This document shows positions 37,206 through 45,655 of a stretch of 53,112 bases of DNA, piece after piece. The first letter of the stretch is position 1. The number at the start of each line of letters is the position of its first letter. Below the pieces are notes generated by a model. It had not been told where the DNA came from and searched no databases. It saw only the letters and a program-made list of their open reading frames with translations. The position numbers were made by a program, and so were the translations under genes. Source of the stretch: Actinomycetota bacterium (GTDB lineage Bacteria > Actinomycetota > UBA4738 > HRBIN12). Location of the stretch: NCBI GenBank assembly GCA_046094825.1, contig JBJTIF010000078.1:1-53112 (forward strand), read 5' to 3'.

Positions 37206-38782
37206 GCGAGCGGCACCGACTGGCCGGCCTGGATGAACGCGTGCTCGTGGGCGAACAGCCCGACGAGGGCGGTGATCGCGGCGCCCGCGGCGCCGAGGCC
37301 GGCCGGGACCGGCAGGACGAGGAAGCCGAGCGCCGCGAGCGCGGCGACGACGCCGAGGCGGAACCACCACCGGTACCGCCCGCCGGTCATCTCGTGCGAC
37401 GCGAGCCGCGCGTGCGCGGTCGGATGCGGGAGCGTGACCTCGCCGAGGACGAACGCGAGGTGCGCGACGAGACCGACCGCGAGGGCGAGGGCGGAGGGAC
37501 CGATGGGCTCGCCGGTGGCCGCCGCGACGAGGATCGTCGCCGCCCCGCCGGCGAGGACCGCTTGGACCGCGATGTGCGGGGCGAGGAGCGGGCTCTGCCA
37601 GAGGTCCCGCGCCTTCGACTTCGCGAAGAGGAACGCCGTGTACACCGCGGCCATGAGCGCGAGCGGCCCGCCGGCGATCGCGAGCGGCAGGAGGAGGTCG
37701 TCCCGCCCGAGGATCGTCGCGAGGACGTGCGCCGATGCGACCGCGCCGTAGCCGAGGATGATGAACCCGCCGCGGACGAGCCAGCTCCGCCACTGCGGGC
37801 GCGTGAAGATCATGTAGAAGCGGAGCGGATGCTCGAGGTCCCAGATGAGGACTCCGCCGGTGATCGCGAGGAACGCGAGCCCGAGGACGGGGCCGATCCA
37901 CGTCCAGAGCGGGCTCGACGCGTCGAGCCGGCCGAGGAGGACGAGGAGGAGCGGGACGAGGTACGCGCCCGCGGCGACGTTCTTCGTCCAGGTGTAGAGC
38001 GCGACCCGCCAGTCCCACGGGATCGAGTGGGCGACGTCGTACGCGAGGACCGCCGCCGCCGAGGAGTTCCGACGTTCGCCCGCGGGCATCCCCGAGGTGA
38101 CGGCGTGGGTCCCGGAGGGCTGCTCGGACCACATGAAGATGCCCCCCGTCGGTCGCTCGGCGGCGAGCGGGTCGAGCGTGAACTGCGTCGCCCCCGTGTA
38201 GAAGAGCTTCGGATGCGTCTCCTTCTCCGGACGCCGGACGGCGACGGGCTCGCGCTGCGCGATCTGCGCCGCGAACGAATCCGGGTCGTGGAGGTCACCG
38301 ACGAGGATCGCGTTCACCGGACACACCGTGACGCAGGCGGGCTCGAGCCCCTGGTCGATCCGGTGCGCGCAGAGGTTGCACTTCTCCGCGGAGTGGTCCT
38401 CGGGGTTGATGAAGATCGCGTCGTACGGGCACGCGGCGATGCACGCCTTGCACCCGATGCAGATCGACTTGTCGAAGTCGACGATGCCGTCGTCGCGACG
38501 GTGCATCGCCGAGGTGGGGCACGCGGCGACGCACGGCGCATCCTCGCACTGGTTGCAGCGCGTCACCTGGTACGCGCGGCGCGCCTGGGGGAAGACGCCG
38601 ACGTCGACGTACTTCACGTACGTGCGCGTGACCCCGAGCGGCACCTCGTTCTCCGCCTTGCACGCGGTCGTGCACGCATGGCACCCGATGCACCGCGACT
38701 GATCGAGGACCTTGATCCACTTCGGGGGCGCGGACGGCCCGGACCGCGAGGGTGCGACCGGCGGGTCGAGCTCCGTGACCAT
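37202..38782 (-). CDS. Fused 4x[4Fe-4S] electron-transfer subunit and NrfD/PsrC membrane anchor
   Basis: CIGCHACTTAC, CNQCEDAPC..ACP, CIGCKACIAACP, KCNLC...CVTVCP; then DLEHPLRF...SWLVRG, YTAFL and ~8 TMs. Confidence 0.92.
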   Translation of the reverse strand: MVTELDPPVAPSRSGPSAPPKWIKVLDQSRCIGCHACTTACKAENEVPLGVTRTYVKYVDVGVFPQARRAYQVTRCNQCEDAPCVAACPTSAMHRRDDGIVDFDKSICIGCKACIAACPYDAIFINPEDHSAEKCNLCAHRIDQGLEPACVTVCPVNAILVGDLHDPDSFAAQIAQREPVAVRRPEKETHPKLFYTGATQFTLDPLAAERPTGGIFMWSEQPSGTHAVTSGMPAGERRNSSAAAVLAYDVAHSIPWDWRVALYTWTKNVAAGAYLVPLLLVLLGRLDASSPLWTWIGPVLGLAFLAITGGVLIWDLEHPLRFYMIFTRPQWRSWLVRGGFIILGYGAVASAHVLATILGRDDLLLPLAIAGGPLALMAAVYTAFLFAKSKARDLWQSPLLAPHIAVQAVLAGGAATILVAAATGEPIGPSALALAVGLVAHLAFVLGEVTLPHPTAHARLASHEMTGGRYRWWFRLGVVAALAALGFLVLPVPAGLGAAGAAITALVGLFAHEHAFIQAGQSVPLA

Positions 38783-39087
38783 CAGCCGACCGCCCGTGCG
38801 GCGATGCTCCGGCACATGGCGTCGCAGAGCCCCTCGATCGTCGGGTCGGCGATCGCGTAGCGGACGGACCGACCGTCGCGCCGACGGCGCACGACGCCGC
38901 CGTCCTGGAGGCGGGAGAGGTGCTGCGAGACGTTCGGCAGGGAGGTTCCGACGAGGCGCGCGAGCTCGCCGACCGTGGCCCCGTCGTGCTCGAGGAGCGC
39001 GCGCACGACCCGCAGACGCGTCGGGTCGGACAGGAGCGCGAACCTGCGGGCCGCCTCGTCGAGGACGGCGTCGGGGACCCCGTGCAT
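38782..39087 (-). CDS. ArsR/SmtB-family repressor with C-terminal CxxxC
   Basis: FALLSDPTRL, NVSQHL, RRRDGRSVRY, LCDAMC; TGATG overlap with next gene. Confidence 0.9.
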   Translation of the reverse strand: MHGVPDAVLDEAARRFALLSDPTRLRVVRALLEHDGATVGELARLVGTSLPNVSQHLSRLQDGGVVRRRRDGRSVRYAIADPTIEGLCDAMCRSIAARAVG

Positions 39088-39094
39088 GCGCACG

Positions 39095-39124
39095 ACCCTA
39101 CGCCTCGTTTCAGCGGTCGGTCAA
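39095..39124 (-). promoter_or_regulatory. Sigma70-type promoter of the arsR-Mo enzyme-sulfur relay operon
   Basis: TTGACC(39119-39124)-18 nt-TAGGGT(39095-39100)-7 nt-ATG. Confidence 0.7.
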
Positions 39125-39165
39125 GCGTCGAAATGAACGCGGGGCGGGCGGGGTAGCCTCGGAGC

Positions 39166-39810
39166 GTGGCCGACGTGCTCCGCTTCGACGGGTGGATCCT
39201 CGGCGCGTCGTTCGCCTCGGGGCACACGCTCGTGTTCGGCCGCTGGCACGACTCGCCGTTCGGCGGGTTCGCCGACCTCATGCGGCTCGATCCCGACGGG
39301 GCGCGCACGCTCGTCGCCCCGCTCGCCGAGGTCGAACGGTTCGTGGACGCGCACTACCGGTTCGATCGCGTCGAACGCGCGCCGGTCGCGGTGGAGCGCG
39401 AGGGCGACCGGATCGTCGCGACCGCCGGCGACCTCACGCTCGAGCTCGACGTCGAGGGCGCGGGCCTCGTGTCGCTGCTCCTTCGGCTGCGACCGCGTCC
39501 GCTCCGCACCTGGCCGGCGTGGATCGGCATCGAGGACCGCGTGTTCCGGCCGCTCGTCGCCCCGTTCCTCGGTGGCGGCGGGATGGGCGGCATCCACGCC
39601 CGGGGCACGACGCGCGCGGGCGCGCGCCAGTGGTACGGGATCCACGACCTCCGGTGGGCGCGCGCCCGCGCGCGGATCGGCGATCGCGACCTCGGAGCGT
39701 CGGTCGCGCCGACCGGACCCGCGGGCTTCGGGGCGAGCGAGTTCCCGGGCCGTCCCGCGCTCGTGCGCGTGACGTCGCTCATCGAACGCGTCGGCGCGGA
39801 CGGTTCCTAG
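39166..39810 (+). CDS. Hypothetical protein
   Basis: Host-like codon usage, TAGCCT 6 nt upstream of GTG; W.DSPFGGFAD motif; function unknown. Confidence 0.75.
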   Translation: MADVLRFDGWILGASFASGHTLVFGRWHDSPFGGFADLMRLDPDGARTLVAPLAEVERFVDAHYRFDRVERAPVAVEREGDRIVATAGDLTLELDVEGAGLVSLLLRLRPRPLRTWPAWIGIEDRVFRPLVAPFLGGGGMGGIHARGTTRAGARQWYGIHDLRWARARARIGDRDLGASVAPTGPAGFGASEFPGRPALVRVTSLIERVGADGS

Positions 39811-40448
39811 GAGGGGTCGGCGGGGTCGGCGGGTTCGGCGCCCGAGACCGCGCGCGGTTCGGCGGCGGCGACGTCCTTCGGCAGCACCTCGGGGATCGTC
39901 ACCATCGGCGCCCCCTTCGCGTCGAGGAACTGCAGGACCGGTGTGCCGTCGGTCGTGAGGCCCACGATGCCGCGGAGCTCGCCCTCGGCGTTCAGGAGCC
40001 GCAGGATCGGCGCCCCCTCGGCGGTGAGCCCGAGCCGCGCGCGGACCTTCCCGTCCTCGTCCTGGAGGGAGATCGTCGGCGACCCCTGCTGCGCGAGCGA
40101 GTAGACGAACCCGAGCTCGCCGTTGCGGTTGCGGAGCGCGAGCGTCGGCGCGCCCTCGGTGCCGAGCCCGAACTTCGCGCGGACCTTCCCCTTGCGATCC
40201 ACCATCGCCATGCTCGCGGAGCCGTCCGAGAAGAGCCCGAACGTCGCGCGGACCTTCCCGTCGTCGTCGGCGATCGCGAGGCCCGCCGAGCCGTCGCCCT
40301 GGACGCCGAAGCGCGCGCGCAGACGTTCCTCGGCGCCGTAGAAGGAGAGGAAGGGGCTGTCGTCGGACCCGACGCCGAAGCGCGCGCGGACGCGCCCCTG
40401 GCTGTCCTCGATCTCGATCTCGGATGCGCGGATGCGCTTCTTCGACAT
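39807..40448 (-). CDS. 23-aa tandem-repeat beta protein
   Basis: Seven repeats of approx. D-x-x-G-K-V-R-A-x-F-G-x3-D-G-S-P-x-L-x-L. Confidence 0.8.
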   Translation of the reverse strand: MSKKRIRASEIEIEDSQGRVRARFGVGSDDSPFLSFYGAEERLRARFGVQGDGSAGLAIADDDGKVRATFGLFSDGSASMAMVDRKGKVRAKFGLGTEGAPTLALRNRNGELGFVYSLAQQGSPTISLQDEDGKVRARLGLTAEGAPILRLLNAEGELRGIVGLTTDGTPVLQFLDAKGAPMVTIPEVLPKDVAAAEPRAVSGAEPADPADPS

Positions 40449-40545
40449 GGGGCGCCTCGCCGTCGGGGGGCGAACCCCGCAAGTGTGCCTCCCCCGGGGA
40501 GCCTTGTCCACGCTCCCGGCGTCGCCGCGGGAAGCGTCGGGAGGG

Positions 40546-41655
40546 TCAGCGCGCGATGCGCTCGAGGTGGACGGTCGTCGCGGCGAGGCGTTCGGGGATC
40601 GGCTCGACCCCGATCCCGGGACCGGTCGGGACGGCCATCGTGCCGTCGGGCGCGACCTCGAACGGTTCGGTGAGGTCCTCGTGGAAGTAGCGCCGCGAGC
40701 CCGACGTGTCGCCGGGGAGCGTGAACCCCGGGAGCGCGGCGAGCGCGACGTTCGTCGCGCGCCCGACGCCGGTCTCGAGCATCCCCCCGCACCACACCGG
40801 CGTGCCCGCGGCGCGTGCCGCATCGTGGACGCGGACGGCCTCGGGGACGCCGCCGACGCGCCCCTGCTTGATGTTCACGATGCGGCACGCGCCGAGCTCG
40901 ATCGCCGCGCGCGCGTCGGCCGCGGATCGGATCGACTCGTCGAGGCAGAGGTCGGTGCGGACGAGCGCCTGGAGTCGCGCGTGCTCGACGAGGTCCTCGT
41001 GGTGGAGGGGCTGCTCGACCATGAGGAGGTCCGCGTCGTCGAGCGCGCGGAACACGTCGACGTCCGCGAGCCGGTACGCGGCGTTCGCGTCGACCGACAG
41101 GAGGATGCCCGGGTTCGCGGCGCGGACCGCGTGCACGGGCGCGATGTCGAGACCGGGCTCGATCTTCAGCTTGATGCGCCGATAGCCCTCCGCGAGGTAA
41201 CCCGCGACCTGCTCGAGGAGCTGCTCGGTCGTCGGGGCGATGCCGATCGACACGCCGCACGCGACGCGGTCGGCCGTCGCGCCGAGGTGCGCGGCGAGCG
41301 AGACGCCGCGCGCGCGGAGCTCGGCGTCGAGGACGGCGTTCACGAGCGTCGCCTTCGCCATCGGGTTGCCGCGGACCCCGCCGAGGACGCGGTCGAGGTC
41401 GTCGGTCGTCACGTCGCCGGCCGCGAGGAGGGCCGGGACGAGGAACGCCCGGAGCGCCTCGAGCGCCCCCGCGTTGAACTCCGCGGAGTAGCCGGGGGCG
41501 GGCGAGGCGACGCACTCGCCCCAGCCGTGCGCCCCGTCGGTCTCGACGCGGGCGAGGATGCACTCCTTCGCGTCCTCGACCCCGAAGCTCGTGCGGAACG
41601 GCCGTACGAGCGGGATCCGCACGACGCGGAGCTCGACGGCGTGGACGCGGGTCAC
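40546..41655 (-). CDS. o-Succinylbenzoate synthase / N-succinylamino acid racemase (NSAR/OSBS)
   Basis: PFRTSFG, RIKLKI, VDAN, EQP, LDES, NIKQGRVGG, WCGGMLETG, PGDTS. Confidence 0.92.
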   Translation of the reverse strand: MTRVHAVELRVVRIPLVRPFRTSFGVEDAKECILARVETDGAHGWGECVASPAPGYSAEFNAGALEALRAFLVPALLAAGDVTTDDLDRVLGGVRGNPMAKATLVNAVLDAELRARGVSLAAHLGATADRVACGVSIGIAPTTEQLLEQVAGYLAEGYRRIKLKIEPGLDIAPVHAVRAANPGILLSVDANAAYRLADVDVFRALDDADLLMVEQPLHHEDLVEHARLQALVRTDLCLDESIRSAADARAAIELGACRIVNIKQGRVGGVPEAVRVHDAARAAGTPVWCGGMLETGVGRATNVALAALPGFTLPGDTSGSRRYFHEDLTEPFEVAPDGTMAVPTGPGIGVEPIPERLAATTVHLERIAR

Positions 41656-42422
41656 CGGAGCGACCCCGGCGGCGCGAATCGGTACGCGGAGGTCGCCGCG
41701 TCGAACCCGGCCGCGACGAGGCCGTCGGCGAGGGCTGCCTCGATGCCGCTCGCGACCTCCTCGCGGACGGCGGCCGCGGCCTCCGCATCGGTCGCACGCA
41801 CCGCCGCGTAGTCGGCGGTCACCGGCACGATCCGCGCGCCCGCGGCGAGGCCGCGCGGTCCGGGCGCGCGGTCGAGATCCCAGCGCGCGACGAGCCGATC
41901 GCTGCGCTGGCCGACGTTCATCGCGTCACCCATGTCGCCGTAGAAGTGGCGGTGGAACCGATCGGCGACCGCGCCGAGGCGCTCGAGGTTGAAGACGGCG
42001 TTGCGGGTCACCATCGGATCGAAGGTCCAGCGCACGACGTGGATGTCCTGGTCGAGCGCCTGGGCGCGCTGCGCGAACTTCAGCGCCGCGCCGATCCCGC
42101 GACCGCGATGCGACGGGGCGGTCGCGAGCATGTGCGAGTGGACGTGGAGGCCGTCGGCGTCGACGCCCGCCCACCCGAGGACGAACGCGACGCACGCCGC
42201 GCCGTCGAACGCCGCCCACGCGCGGTTGCCGGAGTGCGCGAGGGCGCGGATCGTCTCCGGCGGGAGGTCCTGGCCGCCCCAGGTCGAACGGATGAGCGCG
42301 CGGATGTGCGCTGCCTCATCGACGCGCTCGATCGGACGGAGCTCGACCCCCGCGGCGCGCGCGGTGGCGTGTGCGAGCTCCCAGGGCGTTACGCGCTCGG
42401 CGGCGGCGGGAGTTCCTGCCAC
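41652..42422 (-). CDS. GNAT acyltransferase, likely D-amino acid N-succinyltransferase (start uncertain)
   Basis: HSHML, GRGIG.ALK.AQR, WTFDP...RNA.FN...LG, FYG, SDRL; overlaps the NSAR/OSBS start. Confidence 0.82.
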   Translation of the reverse strand: MAGTPAAAERVTPWELAHATARAAGVELRPIERVDEAAHIRALIRSTWGGQDLPPETIRALAHSGNRAWAAFDGAACVAFVLGWAGVDADGLHVHSHMLATAPSHRGRGIGAALKFAQRAQALDQDIHVVRWTFDPMVTRNAVFNLERLGAVADRFHRHFYGDMGDAMNVGQRSDRLVARWDLDRAPGPRGLAAGARIVPVTADYAAVRATDAEAAAAVREEVASGIEAALADGLVAAGFDAATSAYRFAPPGSLR

Positions 42423-42544
42423 TCGTCCTCGTCGAGGTCGAGGCCCTCGCGTCGGCGGACCACCGACACGATGGCGCCGATCACGGCGGCGAAGAACGCG
42501 AGTCGCACGAGCCGACCGAAGAAGCCGCGCTTGTCCTCGGACAT
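42389..42544 (-). CDS. Small single-TM protein (51 aa)
   Basis: MSEDKRGFFGRLVRLAFFAAVIGAIVSVVRRR...DEDEWQE; GAGGAGGG SD. Confidence 0.75.
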   Translation of the reverse strand: MSEDKRGFFGRLVRLAFFAAVIGAIVSVVRRREGLDLDEDEWQELPPPPSA

Positions 42545-42669
42545 CGTTCCCTCCTCGTGACGTCGCGGCGCCCCGCTGCGCGGCACGCCGCTTCGGACAC
42601 TCTACCCTTGCCCCGGGGACGACCGTTCGCCGGGCCCATCGGGCCCGCGGTCGCCGCGGAGGGACGCGG

Positions 42670-43395
42670 ATGCACCGGGACCCGGGCACGTTCGGCGCCT
42701 ACGCGCGCGAGCACCTCGCGCGGATCGAGGAGGCGAACGCCGCGACGATCGCGGCGGTCGCGGAGCGCGTCGCCGCGACGGTCGAGGCCGACGGCGTCCT
42801 CTACCCCGCGGGCACCGGCCACTCGCTCGCGCTCGTCCTCGAGACCTTCTCCCGCGCCGGCGGTCTCGCGAACGTGCGACCGGTCCACCACCCCGCGCTC
42901 CTGCCGCTCCACGGCGGCCCGGCCTCGACGCTGCTCGAGCGGGTCGAGGGCTTCGCCGCGCTCCTCCTGAAGGATCTGCCGATCGGACCGAGCGACACCG
43001 CGATCGTCGTGTCGAACTCCGGGGTGAACCCCGTCCCCGTCGAGCTCGCGCGGGGGTTCCGCGCGCGGGGTGCGCCGGTCGTCGCGATCGTGTCGCTCCC
43101 GCACCACGCGGAGGCACCGCGCCGCTCGTCGACGACGCTCGTCGACGAGGCGACGTGGATCCTCGACACCGGGAGCCCCGTCGGCGACGCGGCGCTCGAG
43201 GTCGGGTCGACGCGCGTCGCGCCGCTGTCGAACCTCGCGGGCATCCACCTCTGGAACCTCGTCCTCGCGGCGGCGGTCGGCATCCTCGACGCGCGCGGCG
43301 TCGTGCCCCCGGTGTGGCAGAGTTCGAACGCGCCGGGCGGCGACGAACGCAATGCCGTGCTGCGGGCGCGCTTCGAGGGACGGATCCCGACCTGA
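42670..43395 (+). CDS. SIS (sugar isomerase) domain protein
   Basis: GTGHS, SRAGGL, VSNSGVNPVPVE, P.GDA, VWQSSN. Confidence 0.87.
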   Translation: MHRDPGTFGAYAREHLARIEEANAATIAAVAERVAATVEADGVLYPAGTGHSLALVLETFSRAGGLANVRPVHHPALLPLHGGPASTLLERVEGFAALLLKDLPIGPSDTAIVVSNSGVNPVPVELARGFRARGAPVVAIVSLPHHAEAPRRSSTTLVDEATWILDTGSPVGDAALEVGSTRVAPLSNLAGIHLWNLVLAAAVGILDARGVVPPVWQSSNAPGGDERNAVLRARFEGRIPT

Positions 43396-43423
43396 TGGCG
43401 CGCGACGGCGTGGAGGTGACGCG

Positions 43424-44542
43424 GTGACGAGGCTCGGCGTGGCGGCGGCGCTCGTGGACGGCGAGATCGTCCCGGGCGACGTCGAGGTGGACGGCGGGGC
43501 GGTCGCGGCGGTCGGCGTCGCTCCGGCCGGCGCCGCGGGGCTCGCCGCACCGGGGTTCATCGACGTCCAGGTGAACGGGTACGCCGGCGTCGACTTCCTC
43601 GCGACGGACGCGGCGGGGCTCCTCGAGGCCGGTGCCGCGATGGCGCGGGCCGGTGTCACCGCGTACCAACCGACGCTCATCTCGATGCCCGAGGGCGCGT
43701 ACGCCCCGGCGCTCACGGCGGTGCGCGACGCGCGCGACGCGCGCGACGCGCGGCCTCGCGGAGCGCGCGTCCTCGGCGCGCACCTCGAGGGACCGTTCCT
43801 GTCGCCGAAGCGCGTCGGAGCCCACAACCCCGCGAACGTCGTCGCGCCCGACCTCGCCCTCGCCGCCCGGCTCCTCGACCTCGGGCCGATCACGCACATG
43901 ACGGTGGCGGTCGAGGAGCCGGGCGGCGAGGACCTCGTGCGGTTCCTCGTCGGTCGCGGCGTCGTCGTCGCGCTCGGCCACAGCGACGCGGACGCGGATG
44001 CCGCGCGACGCGGGTTCGATCTCGGTGCGCGGGCCGTCACCCATCTCTTCAACGCGCAGCGGCGGTGGGAGTCCCGCGATCCCGGACTCCCGGGCGTCGC
44101 GCTCACCCGCGACGACGTCTTCGTGACGCTCATCGTCGACGGGTTCCACCTCGCGCCCGAGACGACGCAGCTCGCGTGGCGCGCCGCGGGCGGACGGTTC
44201 GTCCTCGTCACCGACGCGATCGAGGCGGCGGGGATGCCCGACGGACCGTACGTGATCGGCGACCGGCAGACGGTCCTGCGCGACGGCGCCGTCCGGCTCG
44301 CCGACGGCACGCTCGCGGGGAGCGCGCTCACGATGGATGCCGCGGTGCGGAACCTCGTCGACCTCGGCGTCCCCGCGCCGGACGCCCTCGCCGCCGCGTC
44401 ACGCGTCGCCGCCCGGCTGCTGCGCCGCGAGGACGAGTTCGGCGACCTGCGTCCCGGGCTGCGCGCGGACGTCGTCGTCCTCGACGATGCGCTCAGGGTG
44501 CGGCGGACGCTCGTCGGCGGCGACGAGGTCTTCGCCGCCTGA
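43424..44542 (+). CDS. nagA: N-acetylglucosamine-6-phosphate deacetylase
   Basis: PGFIDVQVNG, HLEGPF, GAH, GHS, THLFNA, DGFH, VTDA, LAGS. Confidence 0.93.
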   Translation: MTRLGVAAALVDGEIVPGDVEVDGGAVAAVGVAPAGAAGLAAPGFIDVQVNGYAGVDFLATDAAGLLEAGAAMARAGVTAYQPTLISMPEGAYAPALTAVRDARDARDARPRGARVLGAHLEGPFLSPKRVGAHNPANVVAPDLALAARLLDLGPITHMTVAVEEPGGEDLVRFLVGRGVVVALGHSDADADAARRGFDLGARAVTHLFNAQRRWESRDPGLPGVALTRDDVFVTLIVDGFHLAPETTQLAWRAAGGRFVLVTDAIEAAGMPDGPYVIGDRQTVLRDGAVRLADGTLAGSALTMDAAVRNLVDLGVPAPDALAAASRVAARLLRREDEFGDLRPGLRADVVVLDDALRVRRTLVGGDEVFAA

Positions 44543-44626
44543 CGCGACGTCGGGCAGCGCGTCGCACCCCACGTCGAGCGCCTCGTCGGAGTCGCGACCC
44601 GCGCGGCCCCGTCCCAGGTGTCCCCG

Positions 44627-45646
44627 TCAGTGCGTGAGGGTGATCTTCGTGAGCCCCGCGGGGGCGTCGGGGTCGAGTCCGCGCAGGAGCGTGAGGGCGC
44701 GAGCGACCTGCGGCGCGCGGACGGCCGCGGGGATCGTCGCGAGCGCCTCCGCGAGGTCGGTCGGGACGGGGAGGTCGCCGTCGGCGGGACCGACGACCGC
44801 GACCCGACCGCCGCGCCCGCGGAGTTCGGTGACGAGGTCGACCATCGAGGTCTTCGTCGGCCCCTCGCCCGCGAACGCGAGGACGGGGAACCCGTGCTGG
44901 ACGACGGCGACGGGTCCGTGGAGGAGGTCGGCGGCGGAGTACCCCTCGGCGAGGAGGAACGCCGTCTCCTTGAGCTTCAGCGCCGCCTCGAGCGCGATCG
45001 CGAAGAGGAACCCCCGCCCGACGGTGATGAGCCCGCGCGCATCGCCGATCGACGCCGCGACGCGGTCCGCCGACGCGGTGTCGTCGAGGACGCGCGACAC
45101 CGCGCCGGGCAGCGCGGCCCAGTCCGCGTCGCCCCACGGCACCTCGCCGAGCGCCTCCGCGATGACCGCGAGCGTCGCGACCTGCGCGGTGAAGGTCTTC
45201 GTCGCGGGGACCGCGACCTCCGCCCCCGCGCCGAGGTCGATCGCGAGGCCGGCGGCGGAGGCGAGCGGGCTCGCGGCGTCGTTCGTGAGGGCGATCGTCG
45301 CGGCGCCCGCGCGCGCGGCGGCCTCGAGGAGCGTCACGATCTCGGGCGTCCGACCGGACTGCGACACCGCGATCGCGAGGTAGCCGCGGTAGTCGCTCCG
45401 CGCGCCGTACACGGTGTGGAGGCTCGGCGCGGCGAGCGCGACCGGTCGTCCGCACGCCAATTCGAACGCGTAGCGTCCGAAGATCGCGGCGTTGTCGGAG
45501 GAACCGCGGGCGATGAGGAGGATGCCCGAGAGGTCGCGGGGCACGACCGCGCGCACGGCGGCGACGAGCTCGGCGCGACGCGCGGCGATCGCGGCGAGCA
45601 CGCGCGGCTGCTCGGACATCTCCGCGAGCATCCGTTCGCCGGCCAT
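44627..45646 (-). CDS. Double-SIS GlmS-like protein (glucosamine-6-phosphate deaminase NagB-II type)
   Basis: EM.EQP, ARGSSDNA, SQSGRT, AVPATKTF, EAALKLKE, HGP, PDAP.GL.K.T. Confidence 0.87.
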   Translation of the reverse strand: MAGERMLAEMSEQPRVLAAIAARRAELVAAVRAVVPRDLSGILLIARGSSDNAAIFGRYAFELACGRPVALAAPSLHTVYGARSDYRGYLAIAVSQSGRTPEIVTLLEAAARAGAATIALTNDAASPLASAAGLAIDLGAGAEVAVPATKTFTAQVATLAVIAEALGEVPWGDADWAALPGAVSRVLDDTASADRVAASIGDARGLITVGRGFLFAIALEAALKLKETAFLLAEGYSAADLLHGPVAVVQHGFPVLAFAGEGPTKTSMVDLVTELRGRGGRVAVVGPADGDLPVPTDLAEALATIPAAVRAPQVARALTLLRGLDPDAPAGLTKITLTH

Positions 45647-45655
45647 CGGTGGAGC

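Noticed and set aside
40488-40501. C5G4 tract upstream of the repeat-protein gene as a CsoR-type operator
   Set aside because: Lacks TAC/GTA flanks and symmetry; expected by chance at this GC
40546-41655. Plain menC in a menaquinone operon
   Set aside because: No men genes adjacent; GNAT partner points to NSAR function, though bifunctionality is possible
43724-43750. (CGCGACGCG)x3 tandem in nagA as a phase-variation tract
   Set aside because: 9-bp in-frame unit (RDA x3); copy change would not shift the frame
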